From positions 77,153 to 141,152 of the forward strand of contig OZ251571.1 of assembly GCA_965243565.1 (NCBI GenBank): a stretch of 64,000 nt of DNA. Direction: 5' to 3'. Below are positions 49,601 to 58,960 of this stretch, one piece after another (within the stretch, counting starts at the first letter, position 1; each line of letters begins with the position of its first letter). A model generated the notes under the pieces. That model had not been told where the DNA came from. It searched no databases and saw only the letters and a list, made by a program, of their open reading frames with translations. A program made the position numbers and the translations under genes. This DNA is from Gammaproteobacteria bacterium. Its GTDB lineage: Bacteria; Pseudomonadota; Gammaproteobacteria; Tethybacterales; Persebacteraceae.

Positions 49601-49732
49601 TTTTTAATACCGATGGCTATTTCCATTTGTTTTGGTTTGGCTTTTGCCTCGCTATTAATTTTATTTGTAATGCCCTCGTATTTATCGGTGCATGCTTCTT
49701 TTACTACATTTTTTAAAAAAATACTGAAGTAG
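46622..49732 (+). CDS. RND efflux permease (AcrB/AcrD/AcrF family)
   Basis: 1036 aa, GIVVDDAIVVGEN, GIVINDSIV, RFRAILLTTLTT. Confidence 0.93.
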   Translation: MRSLIAVFAGHRVAPNLLMLLMIISGFFVLGRLEIRFFPEFSEQTIQVTVPWPGASAANVNESLLTPLENELRNISDIKEMQSFATDGVGIVYLQFPDNIELEDAMDEVRRYLDLAKASLPADSEEPETKNLVFDDEIMRLSLTGHSLKDIRKIARQIENELLALGDIRIDVSGLYEEAIEIRLQKQRLSELDLTPSEIGQQIRAQNLNVTAGDIDSSGAVSRLIRSLSKKEKISELSDILILNKAGNVIRLGDIADLQRVPRADVTEITFNGQPAVQFNITRRSGGNAIEGGNKVNEWLRQKQQILPTGFKLHPHKEEWRLIESRLNLLIVNGAQGLIIVLIFLFLFLNWRLAFWIGMGIPTVFMVSLGVLYLLGGSIDMLTLFAFIMTMGIVVDDAIVVGENAIYHLQQGKPPMQSAVDGAHEMFSSVFSSTFTTISSFMPLMIVGGPIGSILFVIPLVVICVLLSALFECFVVLPGHLAGSFKKINQKKDRPPLIPIRQSIDKAFEWFQETVFRRVVILVLRYRWVTIFSSFVMLLLSITLFIGGQVKFRFFPGAELNRIQVQARFIAGTPRSVVEAYVQDLEQSMHQVMAEYEEEVLLYYSTYLGRGALLDGITVDGFGDEIASMYVELTEGDKRQAKIDDIVKKWNDTAPRSVYLENLIIRAESGGPPGEDLQVQFIGDNPQILKEVANSFKTSLLNIPGVSRPKDDIPLGKKQLIFDLTPQGHALNLSINDIATQIRHAFDGYEVQTFYQGVDEVEVLVKLDYKDIVEGLTGFNVRLPNGKTALLSDVVNLSNAQGYDRIQKINGSLIVNVSGDIDFSETDVATVIRQLNADVLPQIVNQYGVRYSYAGAQKDEKETFQDMVTGLMIAGLLIFVILCAVFSSWTLPVVIILTAPLGIIGAIIGHWIMDEEMSILSMFGIFTLSGIVINDSIVLVRDYLNRQIKSGLEDSQRHIVDSVCRRFRAILLTTLTTIGGLIPLMFETSTQAKFLIPMAISICFGLAFASLLILFVMPSYLSVHASFTTFFKKILK

Positions 49733-49764
49733 TTAACCGTGTTTTTTGAAGGAAAGGATTGTTT

Positions 49765-50886
49765 ATGAAAATCAGTTTGATTGAAAATAGAATCCAAGAA
49801 TTGTTTGTTAAATGGGAGGATGGTTACGAGTCTCATCTTGATTATCTATGGTTGCGTGATAATTGTCCCAGTTCTTTTCATCCAGATACACAGGAACGAA
49901 ATTTAGATTTATTAACAGTAGCAGAGGATGTCTGTGCTGTGGCGGTTGGCTGTACTGATAAAAACTTAACCATTGAATGGTCTGACAGCCATCACTCTTG
50001 CTTTGATATTACTTGGCTTTACCAAAATGATTACTGTCGTCATTGTGCGTTATCTACTGAAGAGCGTTTATTAAAAAGTGAAGCGTGGAATGCCAGTTAT
50101 GGGCAATTGATATATCGTGTCTGTTGTGCTGATATTTTAAACGATGACAAAGTGCTATTGGATTGGTGTTTAAATTTACAACGGTGGGGATTAACTGTTG
50201 TCGAACAAATGCCGGATGATGACGATGCATTAGAACAAGTTGCCAAACGAATCAGCCATTTGCGTGAAAGTAATTTTGGTATTACCTTTGATGTGATGTC
50301 AAAACCCAATCCTAATAACCAAGCCTATACTGCCGAAGCATTGCCTTTGCATACCGATTTGCCCAATCAAGAATTGCCACCAGGGTATCAATTTTTGCAT
50401 TGTAAGTTGAACGAATCCAGTGGCGGAGAATCCACTTTTTTGGATGGTTTTGCGGCGGCGAATCAGTTGAAGACAGAAAATATAGAACATTTTAAACAGT
50501 TGACAACCCATGAAATACCATTTTGCTTTAAAGATAAAACGCATCATCTTTATGAAAAAAAACGGGTTATTGTATTAACACAAAATGGAGAGGTCAACGA
50601 GATTAACTATAATGCGCATCTTGCGACTACTTTTATGTTGCCTCAAGAGCTTATGCGTTCTTACTATCGGGCGTATCGCCACTTTATGCAAATATTGCGC
50701 AAACCATCATTGTTAATTCGATTTAAATCAGCACCGGGGCAAATGGTTGTTTTTGATAATCGCCGAGTATTGCATGGTCGTACGGCTTTTAATCCTCAAA
50801 CAGGAAAACGTTATTTGCGTGGCTGTTATATTGATCGGGGAGATATTAAAAGCAAAATTCGTGTTTTACAAGCGCAGTTGGATTAA
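49765..50886 (+). CDS. Gamma-butyrobetaine dioxygenase-like Fe(II)/2-oxoglutarate enzyme (TauD/TfdA family)
   Basis: N-terminal WLRDNCP domain, HTD and FDNRRVLHGR motifs, RYLRGCY. Confidence 0.88.
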   Translation: MKISLIENRIQELFVKWEDGYESHLDYLWLRDNCPSSFHPDTQERNLDLLTVAEDVCAVAVGCTDKNLTIEWSDSHHSCFDITWLYQNDYCRHCALSTEERLLKSEAWNASYGQLIYRVCCADILNDDKVLLDWCLNLQRWGLTVVEQMPDDDDALEQVAKRISHLRESNFGITFDVMSKPNPNNQAYTAEALPLHTDLPNQELPPGYQFLHCKLNESSGGESTFLDGFAAANQLKTENIEHFKQLTTHEIPFCFKDKTHHLYEKKRVIVLTQNGEVNEINYNAHLATTFMLPQELMRSYYRAYRHFMQILRKPSLLIRFKSAPGQMVVFDNRRVLHGRTAFNPQTGKRYLRGCYIDRGDIKSKIRVLQAQLD

Positions 50887-51854
50887 TTTTGGGGTTGCTG
50901 TCGTCGTAAATAATAATCAAAGCCTTTGGCACTGAGCAAAATATCGCCTTCATGCCGTTTGGCGGCAGCGTTTGCATCAATATTAAGGCATTGGGCAGTC
51001 TTTTTTAAATCACTGATAAGTGCTTGCCTTAGTTGTGAAATAAAGTCTGTTGACTTCCCATTTTGCCAAAGAGTTTTAGCCAATTCAAGCCAACGCTCTA
51101 AGGTATTTTGTAACATTAAAGCGGTGTGGTCATTAATGGGTGTTGGGCTAAAATGCGATAATGCGGCAGTTTTAGCACCACTGGAATAAATTAACTCAAT
51201 GCTTTTTGCCATTGCGGCAGGGTTAAATTGAGTAGGTGGCGTAACTGGAACAATGAGCGGCTGATTGGTGGCTGAATCGGTTAAGCTGGTATAAGATATA
51301 CCATAGGCATCTCCTGAAAAAATGAGTGATTCGTTGATGTCTAGTAAACTGATATGATGCCAAGCATGCCCATAGGTATAAATAGTTTTTAAATAACGAT
51401 GGGCACTTAGTTTGATGGTTTCGCAATCTTCTAAACAACGGGTGCGCCTGCTATCAATAGGGAGTAATCTGCCATAGTATTGTTTGAAAAAAGCACTGCC
51501 ATAAAGTGTGGTTGAAGCAGGAACTAGTTTTTCGTTGGGATTGATTAAATGTTTAATGGCGGCAGGGTGGCCACAAAAAATGGCTTCGGGTAATATCTGC
51601 ATGAGCTGTCCTGCTGAACCAGCATGGTCTAAATGTGCATGAGTCACAATAAGCCACCGTACGTCTTTGGGCTTTAATCCAAGACTCATTAATGCATTAA
51701 TGAGTAATTGGTCGCCCTGTTTGGCACCACAATCAATGATGGTAGCAGCACCATTTTCGATAATGATATAGGCGGCTGTTTGCCGTTTTATGGGATACAG
51801 CATATCTACGCAATAGGTGGTATCGTTAATTGCATAATAGCTGACGTTTTGCAT
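50883..51854 (-). CDS. MBL-fold metallo-hydrolase
   Basis: THAHLDHAG, GHAWHH, GDAYG, PPTQF. Confidence 0.9.
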   Translation of the reverse strand: MQNVSYYAINDTTYCVDMLYPIKRQTAAYIIIENGAATIIDCGAKQGDQLLINALMSLGLKPKDVRWLIVTHAHLDHAGSAGQLMQILPEAIFCGHPAAIKHLINPNEKLVPASTTLYGSAFFKQYYGRLLPIDSRRTRCLEDCETIKLSAHRYLKTIYTYGHAWHHISLLDINESLIFSGDAYGISYTSLTDSATNQPLIVPVTPPTQFNPAAMAKSIELIYSSGAKTAALSHFSPTPINDHTALMLQNTLERWLELAKTLWQNGKSTDFISQLRQALISDLKKTAQCLNIDANAAAKRHEGDILLSAKGFDYYLRRQQPQN

Positions 51855-51866
51855 ATGAATAAAAAA

Positions 51867-52709
51867 TTAATTATATGAGACTTGTACTGTTGGTGATTTA
51901 ATTTGTTTGAAACGATGCCAACAAAATGCCAATACAAAGCTGAAGGATTGAAAAAGCACAATCAGTGGTGCGGTTGAAATATCAAAGTGATAACTGCAGA
52001 TTGTACCTAAAAAGCAAGCGACAATGGCAATGACAATCGCTATTATGAGGATATGGTCGAATTTTTTACAAAGCAAAAAAGCGGTTGCCCCTGGAGTGAT
52101 TAACATCGAGATAACCAAGAGAATACCAGCTGTATATAAGGCGGTTACGATGGTAATAGCAAGTAGTATCTGCAAAGAAAAAACCAATTTATTTACAGAC
52201 AATCCTGTTATTGTTAGTTGGTCTGGGTCAAAGCAGTACAGCAGGAAATCACTTTTTTTAACCAGCATGATAGCACTGACCAAAAGTGCCACCGCACTGG
52301 TCATAAGTACATCGTGCCAGCTGAGCCCTAGAACATTGCCAAATAAAATATGAAGCAAGTGTATGTCACTTTCAATTGAAACAATCATGACTAGGCCAAG
52401 AGCAAACATGCCTGAAAATAAAATTCCCATTACGGCATCTTCTTTAACCCGACACTGATTTTTAATATAACTGATTGTTACAGAGCAAAATAACGCCGAG
52501 ACAAATGCCCCAATCAGTAAAGGAATACTTAATAAATAAGCGATTGCGATGCCTGGTAATACGGCGTGTGAGATGGCATCTCCCATTAGTCCCCAGCCTT
52601 TTAGAATAAGAAAACAGGATAAAATAGCACAAACAATACCAATGAGCACAGAAATAATAATAGCGCGTTGAATGAATTCAAATGCCAATGGTTCGGTTAT
52701 AAATTCCAT
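51867..52709 (-). CDS. sitD: Mn/Fe ABC transporter permease
   Basis: LMGDAISHAVLPG, KEDAVMG, HILFGNVL; start at ATG 52709. Confidence 0.9.
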   Translation of the reverse strand: MEFITEPLAFEFIQRAIIISVLIGIVCAILSCFLILKGWGLMGDAISHAVLPGIAIAYLLSIPLLIGAFVSALFCSVTISYIKNQCRVKEDAVMGILFSGMFALGLVMIVSIESDIHLLHILFGNVLGLSWHDVLMTSAVALLVSAIMLVKKSDFLLYCFDPDQLTITGLSVNKLVFSLQILLAITIVTALYTAGILLVISMLITPGATAFLLCKKFDHILIIAIVIAIVACFLGTICSYHFDISTAPLIVLFQSFSFVLAFCWHRFKQIKSPTVQVSYN

Positions 52710-52713
52710 GTCA

Positions 52714-53559
52714 TCAGCGAGCTGTTTTCCACAGTTGCTTTTTTTTGAGTAATCCGTATTTTGGTGCAAAGATAAAGGTAAGAAAAAATCCCGCTGTTTG
52801 TAATAAAACGATTAATCCGCCTGGTGGGACATCAAGAAAATAGCTGATATAAGCTCCAAACGCATTGCTGACGATGCCAATGCCAACGGCGATATTGATA
52901 AGCAATCCGAATCGATCGGTTAATAAATAGGCAGTTGCCCCGGGTGTGATGACCATGGCAATAACCAAACAAGCCCCGACTGTTTGCAGTGCTGTAACGA
53001 CTGTTGCACTGACGATGGTAAAAAATAAAATATATAAGGGAGTGGTTTTTACCGTGCATACTTGCGCTTGACTTGGATCAAAAAAAAGCAAGACTAAATC
53101 GCGCCAGTAAAGTATCAGTAATGTTAAGCAAACGATGGCAATGATAATCACTTGAATTAAATCCTCGCTAGAAATAGCAAGCACATTGCCTAAAATAATG
53201 CCTTTGAGATTGACTGCGATGGGATTGATGGACGCCATGACCAGTCCAATGGCTAAAAATGAAGTGAAAACCACACCGATAATAGCATCTTCTTTTAAAG
53301 GGGTTTTTCTTTTGATAATAGCCATGCTTAGAGCCGCAAAAATGCCGGCAAAAAAGGCACCTACTACATAAGGTAGTGCCAATATGTAAGATAAAGCAAC
53401 CCCCGGTATAACGGCATGGGCGAGAGCATCACCCATTAAAGACCAGCCACGAAGCATGAGAAAACAAGATAAAAAGGCACAGCTGGCACCAACAATGGTA
53501 CAAACAAAAATGGCATTACGCATGTATTCATACGCAAATGGCTCAAGTAGATAATTCAT
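52714..53559 (-). CDS. sitC: Mn/Fe ABC transporter permease
   Basis: GWSLMGDALAHAVIPG, KEDAIIG, TPGATAYLLTDRF. Confidence 0.9.
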   Translation of the reverse strand: MNYLLEPFAYEYMRNAIFVCTIVGASCAFLSCFLMLRGWSLMGDALAHAVIPGVALSYILALPYVVGAFFAGIFAALSMAIIKRKTPLKEDAIIGVVFTSFLAIGLVMASINPIAVNLKGIILGNVLAISSEDLIQVIIIAIVCLTLLILYWRDLVLLFFDPSQAQVCTVKTTPLYILFFTIVSATVVTALQTVGACLVIAMVITPGATAYLLTDRFGLLINIAVGIGIVSNAFGAYISYFLDVPPGGLIVLLQTAGFFLTFIFAPKYGLLKKKQLWKTAR

Positions 53560-54407
53560 GATTTGTTGCGATGAATTATTTCGGCATCTTGATCTTTGCC
53601 ATATAGCACCAAGGGATGTTCGTCATCACTAAGGACTGTTACCGAACGACCGTCTGTATCTTTGTGCAGTTGGGTAGAAGAGACATTGAGATGGCGAAGC
53701 ATGCCGCCAAAGGAGCGAGAAAGGTTTTCGGCAGTAAAAACTTTGGATACAGGTCCAGTGGCGATGAGGTGTCGATTAATTAAAATAACTTGATCGCAAA
53801 AATGTGGCACGCTGCCTAAATTATGAGTGGATACCAAAATGAGTTTGCCGTTTTTTGCGAGTGACTTAAATAAGGTGACTAAATTTTCTTCGGTATTAAT
53901 ATCGATGCCATTAAAGGGTTCGTCGAGCAGTATGATTGAGCCGTTGTGTGCCAATGCTCGTGCGACAAACATTCTTTTTTTTTGTCCGCCGCTGAGTTCT
54001 GAAATTTGTCGATACCGTAAATCGGATAAATTAACGCGTTCGAGTGCTTCATCCACTGCTTTTTTATCTTGTACTTTGGGCCTGCGCATGAGTCCCATAT
54101 AGCCGTATCGTCCCATCATTACTACGTCTTCTACCAATACGGGAAAGTTCCAATCGATATTGCTGTTTTGTGGTACATAGGCGATAGTGTTTTGCTTGAG
54201 GGCTTGTTTAATGGATAAATTGTTGATAGAAATAGTGCCTTTTTGCGGATTCAATAAGCCCATAATCGAGTTGAATAAAGTTGATTTTCCTGCTCCGTTC
54301 ATTCCTACTACACCACAAATACAGTGGCTGGGTAATGAAAGGGTGATGTTTTCTAATGCACAAGTCCCATCAGAAAAAGTAACATAGATATTGTTAATGT
54401 CCAGCAT
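53556..54407 (-). CDS. sitB: Mn/Fe ABC transporter ATP-binding protein
   Basis: GMNGAGKST, LSGGQKKR, LLDEPF, C-terminal SDDE.P typical of SitB/YfeB. Confidence 0.92.
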   Translation of the reverse strand: MLDINNIYVTFSDGTCALENITLSLPSHCICGVVGMNGAGKSTLFNSIMGLLNPQKGTISINNLSIKQALKQNTIAYVPQNSNIDWNFPVLVEDVVMMGRYGYMGLMRRPKVQDKKAVDEALERVNLSDLRYRQISELSGGQKKRMFVARALAHNGSIILLDEPFNGIDINTEENLVTLFKSLAKNGKLILVSTHNLGSVPHFCDQVILINRHLIATGPVSKVFTAENLSRSFGGMLRHLNVSSTQLHKDTDGRSVTVLSDDEHPLVLYGKDQDAEIIHRNKS

Positions 54408-54412
54408 GATTA

Positions 54413-55300
54413 TTAGAGGTTGCTTTCAAAACCAGTGGCAATGGTATTGGCAGTCACGCGTAATAAATCAAGAAAACTTTGCACTGGTCCGCCCTTCACG
54501 CTGAGTGAATCAACGTATAAAACACCGCCGTATTGTGCGCCTGATTCTTTGGCTACTTGCTTCATGGGTTTATCGGATACGGTGCTTTCGCTAAACACGA
54601 CCGGGATATTTTTTTGTCTGACTTCGAGAATGACATCACGCACTTGTTGTGGAGTTCCTTGTAATTCGGCATTGATGGGCCACAAATACAATTCTTTCAT
54701 ATTAAAGTCTTTGGTTAAATAACTAAAAGCACCTTCGCTGGAGACTAGTATTCTTTGATCTTCGGGAACAGCCGCTAGACGTTGTGACATTTCGGTTTTA
54801 ATTTGTATTAGCTGTGCTTTATAGTCCGTGGCATTTTGTTCGTAAAAAGAGGCGTGTTCAGGTGCTATTTTTATTAATGCTTTTGTTATGTTGTCAACAT
54901 AAATAATGGCATTGGTAACAGACATCCAGGCATGTGGGTTGGGCTTGTCTTTATATTTACCTTTGTATATTGAAATAGGTTTTACGCCTTTGCTTACAAC
55001 AACCGATTCAACGTTTTCCATATCTTGTAAAAACCGAGAAAACCATCTCTCTAAATTAAGCCCGTTCCATAGGATTAATTGGGCGTTTTGCGTGCGTGCA
55101 ATATCTTTGGGCGTGGGTTGATAGTCGTGAACATCGGCACCGGGTTTGGCAATGGAAACAACTTGTATGGTGTCTTTCCCGATATTTTTTGCAATATCAG
55201 CGACAATGGTAAAACTGGATACCACCAGCGGTTTTTGTGCAGCGGCTGGCATGGTTATCATGCCAGTGAATAAAATAAAATAAAATAAAAGTTTGCGCAT
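54413..55300 (-). CDS. sitA: Mn/Fe ABC transporter substrate-binding protein
   Basis: HDYQPTP, NGLNLERWF, NPHAWMS, SEGAFSYL, FSEST, LYVDSLS. Confidence 0.93.
   Translation of the reverse strand: MRKLLFYFILFTGMITMPAAAQKPLVVSSFTIVADIAKNIGKDTIQVVSIAKPGADVHDYQPTPKDIARTQNAQLILWNGLNLERWFSRFLQDMENVESVVVSKGVKPISIYKGKYKDKPNPHAWMSVTNAIIYVDNITKALIKIAPEHASFYEQNATDYKAQLIQIKTEMSQRLAAVPEDQRILVSSEGAFSYLTKDFNMKELYLWPINAELQGTPQQVRDVILEVRQKNIPVVFSESTVSDKPMKQVAKESGAQYGGVLYVDSLSVKGGPVQSFLDLLRVTANTIATGFESNL
55269..55290. repeat. Pentanucleotide simple repeat (TAAAA) x ~4.4 in the sitA signal-peptide codons
   Basis: aa-TAAAA-TAAAA-TAAAA-TAAAA read directly. Confidence 0.85.
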
Positions 55301-55302
55301 AG

Positions 55303-55343
55303 TAATTTAGCCAGAGCTAATAATATTAGCTCTGGCTAAATTA
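55303..55343. promoter_or_regulatory. Perfect 20-1-20 inverted repeat, probably a tandem MntR operator
   Basis: TAATTTAGCCAGAGCTAATA-a-TATTAGCTCTGGCTAAATTA; each arm contains TTAGC-N4-GCTAA. Confidence 0.8.
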
Positions 55344-55348
55344 TAGCA
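55340..55348 (-). promoter_or_regulatory. Extended -10 promoter of sitABCD
   Basis: Minus strand TGcTATAAT overlapping the palindrome edge. Confidence 0.65.
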
Positions 55349-55363
55349 TAAGCCAATCAAAGG

Positions 55364-56389
55364 TTATGATTGCCGCTTTGCTGCTAAAAAGATAACGCCG
55401 ATTAAGAAAGCGAGCGAAGTAGGGATTAAATAATAGGAAGAATCAAGAATGGAAAATTTGATGGTGATTTGGCTAAAAAAGAAAAATCCAGTGGCAATAC
55501 ACAATGATAAAAAGAGTGGTATCGCCATCGATTTTTTACGTTGAAAACCACCGATAAACCAAAGGCTAGAGGCAGCGAGTAAAGGCAGTGCTGGTAGTGT
55601 TAAAAAGTGTTGCCCTAGAACTTCGATAAAGGCAGAATTGTTTTGACCAATTTTGCCGATTTGTTTTGATGTCAATAACGCTTGGGAGATTGACATATGG
55701 CGTGGCTTTTGAGCAAAGGCATTTAAGTCGGTGGCGGAGATAGAAAAATTTTGCCAATCCATCTGTTGATGTTGTTGCTCAATAAACCGATCTTGTTTGT
55801 TCTCGAATACTTTGACATCATACAATGTCCATGTATCATCTGTTTGACGTGCACTTTTTGCGGTGATGATTTTTTCTACTTCGGATTTTTTGGTGTTGTA
55901 GATAATAACATTTTGCATTTCCCCGTTGGCTAATAGTTTTTCAACGCGGATGTAACTGTTGTCTTCATGTAACCACAATGCATTCAAAACTTTAAAATCA
56001 TGACGAAGACTTTGGGATAATTGTGAGGCGGGGGACAGGATAAATTCGCTGGTGATAAGATAGGTGCCGATAAAGCCAAGGGAGGTAATCATGGTGACGG
56101 TCATAATGCTTAATGGTGATAAGCCCGAGCTGCGCAGTACCGCCATCTCATTGGATAATACCATTTTTTGCATGGCGAGTGCCGCTCCTATTGCACAAGC
56201 AAAGGGCATTGTGATGATTAAAAATTGAGGTGCATTTAATAAAGCGATGCCAATGGCCGTAAAAAATGAAAAGTCATTAGACAAGCGAAAAAATTCAAAT
56301 AGAATTAAAATAAATATCAATAACGTTTCTACCAGAAATATGGCAAAGCCAATACGGCGAAAAAATAAGAAAAAAAGTATCGGTGTCAT
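55364..56389 (-). CDS. lptG: LPS export permease LptG
   Basis: 3+3 TM layout, NEMAVLRSSGLS, W..E...I; follows lptF. Confidence 0.82.
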   Translation of the reverse strand: MTPILFFLFFRRIGFAIFLVETLLIFILILFEFFRLSNDFSFFTAIGIALLNAPQFLIITMPFACAIGAALAMQKMVLSNEMAVLRSSGLSPLSIMTVTMITSLGFIGTYLITSEFILSPASQLSQSLRHDFKVLNALWLHEDNSYIRVEKLLANGEMQNVIIYNTKKSEVEKIITAKSARQTDDTWTLYDVKVFENKQDRFIEQQHQQMDWQNFSISATDLNAFAQKPRHMSISQALLTSKQIGKIGQNNSAFIEVLGQHFLTLPALPLLAASSLWFIGGFQRKKSMAIPLFLSLCIATGFFFFSQITIKFSILDSSYYLIPTSLAFLIGVIFLAAKRQS

Positions 56390-57405
56390 TGCTTTTTTAA
56401 ATAGTGGTAAATTAAAGCAGTGGCTCCTAATGTAATGCAGTGCGGTGCAAGCAATCCCAATAGGAGAGGAATTTTTGCTTCTTCCATTAAATCTTTGGTT
56501 AAATTAAGCTGACTGATGGAGAAGAAGAAAAGAATAATGGTAAAAAAGTAAGAGGAATTTTTTTGGTGGCTCATACTTCTGCTATTTGCCGACAAATATA
56601 ATGCGGCTATCAATAGTACCAATGTCATAATTGGCAAATTTAACCGCCAAATAAATTCTGCGATGTCATTGTTTGATGAAAAATCTAAGTCGGTTATTTT
56701 TTTCCCACGCGCTGAAATGTTTATTTTGTTGTTGGTCGGCAGTGCCAATTCGAATGAATCGAAAGTTATTTTTTCAAATAGTGAACTTTGTTGATTTAAA
56801 TGATACAAACGCCCTGTGTCTAGTTTAAATGATTCATTTTGTTTTCGTGAAATGTGTTTGGTTAAGATGACGTCATTGGCAGAGGTAGAGTTGTTGGCAA
56901 TAAAAATATTACCATCTGTTGCCCAAAAAAGGGTGTGCTTGCCATCGGGCATGGCAATAAATTGATCTCGTACAAACTCTTGAGGATTTATGTTTAATAC
57001 GCTGCTAATACGCGCGGTTTTAATATTTCTGACAGCCCAAGGTGATATTTCGAACGAAAAAAATGTAATAACAAGCGTAAGAGGCAATGCAAAGTACATA
57101 ATCGGTTTTATAAAGTTTTTCAACCCTAGCCCGGCATAAAACCATACGTTCATTTCGTTTTGTTGGGAGAATTGATAAAAAGCAATAAATGTGCCAATAA
57201 ACCCCGACAGCATTAAAAAGTGTGGCAGGTATTTCAGTAAGGTGAGCAATAAAAAATAACCGAGGTAACTGATGGGAAAGGCGTTGGCAGCGACATCAGA
57301 AAGCAATCGCGAAAAAAATAACAGGGTGCTAATGCCAATGATAATTGGCACTGCCAGCATGGCGTAATACGCACACCGATAAATTACCACGCGTTGGTAA
57401 ATCAT
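56386..57405 (-). CDS. lptF: LPS export permease LptF
   Basis: MIYQR start, EM.VW..AGLGL, PWA, AE..WR...P; divergent from pepA. Confidence 0.85.
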   Translation of the reverse strand: MIYQRVVIYRCAYYAMLAVPIIIGISTLLFFSRLLSDVAANAFPISYLGYFLLLTLLKYLPHFLMLSGFIGTFIAFYQFSQQNEMNVWFYAGLGLKNFIKPIMYFALPLTLVITFFSFEISPWAVRNIKTARISSVLNINPQEFVRDQFIAMPDGKHTLFWATDGNIFIANNSTSANDVILTKHISRKQNESFKLDTGRLYHLNQQSSLFEKITFDSFELALPTNNKINISARGKKITDLDFSSNNDIAEFIWRLNLPIMTLVLLIAALYLSANSRSMSHQKNSSYFFTIILFFFSISQLNLTKDLMEEAKIPLLLGLLAPHCITLGATALIYHYLKKQ

Positions 57406-57468
57406 GGGCGGTACTGTGGGGAAGGCGGTATAATGACAGCTGATTGTATCAATACAAGGAGATAGTTC

Positions 57469-58917
57469 ATGATAAATTTTATTCTTAGCAAGCCCCTAAT
57501 TTTAACGCAGAAAAGCGATTGCTTGTTGTTATTTATATCACAAAAGAAACAAAAGCCACAATTATTGCCGGCTGTCAAAGCAATTGATGCAGAGTTAAAT
57601 GGATTAATCAGTGATCTTTGTCTGCGTGGTGACTTTCAAGCAAAGGCAGAAGAAGTGGTACCAATCTTTTGTCAAGGATTTTTGCATAAACGGGTGTTGT
57701 TGATTGGCATGGGTGAAGACGATGTCGATGAGCGGTTAGGCGTTGAGGCTGCTGCTAAATTTATCACTAAAAAAGCGATTAAAAAGGTTTTGCTCGCTTT
57801 GGATAATTACGATGCTGCAATTGCCGCTCATTCGGTAATAGCAACAATGTCTGCGGCGTATGAATTTAAACTGGGAGGCAATCAACCAAAAGACAACAAA
57901 AGACAACAAATTGCTATTTTGTCATCCGCTGAGTTTAATCAAAAGAATTTGAATCAGGCGGTGGCAGTCGGCAGAGGACTTTGTTTAACACGTCATTTGG
58001 CTGAACAACCAAGCAATTTATGCACACCAGAATTTTTAGCGATAACCGCCATGAAAATGGCAAAGGAAAACGCTGATTTGAAAGTTAAGGTGCTAAAAGA
58101 AAAGCAAATGCAGACCTTGGAGATGAATGCCTTATTGGCAGTGGCAAAGGGCAGCGAAAACGATCCTCGTTTAATTGTATTTGAATACAATGGTGGCAAA
58201 AAGAACGAAAAGCCCATTGCACTTGTTGGCAAAGGAGTGACTTTTGATACGGGTGGAATATCGATAAAACCAGCCCCAGCAATGGATGAAATGAAATTTG
58301 ATATGTGTGGTGCGGCAACTGTATTTGGTGTGTTTCAAGCCTTGTGCTTGGCAAAATTGCCGATTAATGTTGTTGGTATCGTGCCATCGGTTGAAAATAT
58401 GCCAGACGGAAAAGCGGTCAAGCCAGGCGATGTTGTGACATCGATGTCGGGGCAAACGATTGAGATTTTAAATACCGATGCAGAAGGTCGATTGATTCTT
58501 GCCGATGCGCTGTTTTATGCCGAAAAAATGCACGCTCCATCAAAAGTGATTGACATTGCTACTTTAACGGGCGCATGTGTGATTGCGTTGGGTGCACATT
58601 CAACTGGATTAATGGGGAGGAATCATCAATTTTTAGCCGATTTACAAGCAGCGGGCGATGCATGCGGTGATGCGTGTTGGCCATTGCCTATTAATAAGGA
58701 GTACCAAAAACTATTAAAGTCAGATTATGCTGATATGGCGAATATCGGCGGACGTGCTGCTGGTACGATTACAGCGGCTTGCTTTTTATCGCGTTTTGTT
58801 AACTGTGAACAGTGGGCGCATTTGGATATTGCGGGTACTGCGTGGGATGCAAAAAAGCGGGCAACGGGGCGACCTGTGCCTTTGCTAATGCATTATTTAG
58901 AAGGTCTATCTCGTTAA
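57469..58917 (+). CDS. pepA: Leucyl aminopeptidase (M17)
   Basis: VGKGVTFDTGGISIK, MKFDMCG, NTDAEGRL, HLDIAG; AAGGAG SD and TATAAT at 57429-57434. Confidence 0.96.
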   Translation: MINFILSKPLILTQKSDCLLLFISQKKQKPQLLPAVKAIDAELNGLISDLCLRGDFQAKAEEVVPIFCQGFLHKRVLLIGMGEDDVDERLGVEAAAKFITKKAIKKVLLALDNYDAAIAAHSVIATMSAAYEFKLGGNQPKDNKRQQIAILSSAEFNQKNLNQAVAVGRGLCLTRHLAEQPSNLCTPEFLAITAMKMAKENADLKVKVLKEKQMQTLEMNALLAVAKGSENDPRLIVFEYNGGKKNEKPIALVGKGVTFDTGGISIKPAPAMDEMKFDMCGAATVFGVFQALCLAKLPINVVGIVPSVENMPDGKAVKPGDVVTSMSGQTIEILNTDAEGRLILADALFYAEKMHAPSKVIDIATLTGACVIALGAHSTGLMGRNHQFLADLQAAGDACGDACWPLPINKEYQKLLKSDYADMANIGGRAAGTITAACFLSRFVNCEQWAHLDIAGTAWDAKKRATGRPVPLLMHYLEGLSR

Positions 58918-58960
58918 AGACAGAGATTGAGACGAAGGCTGATAGAGATCTGATTCTGAA

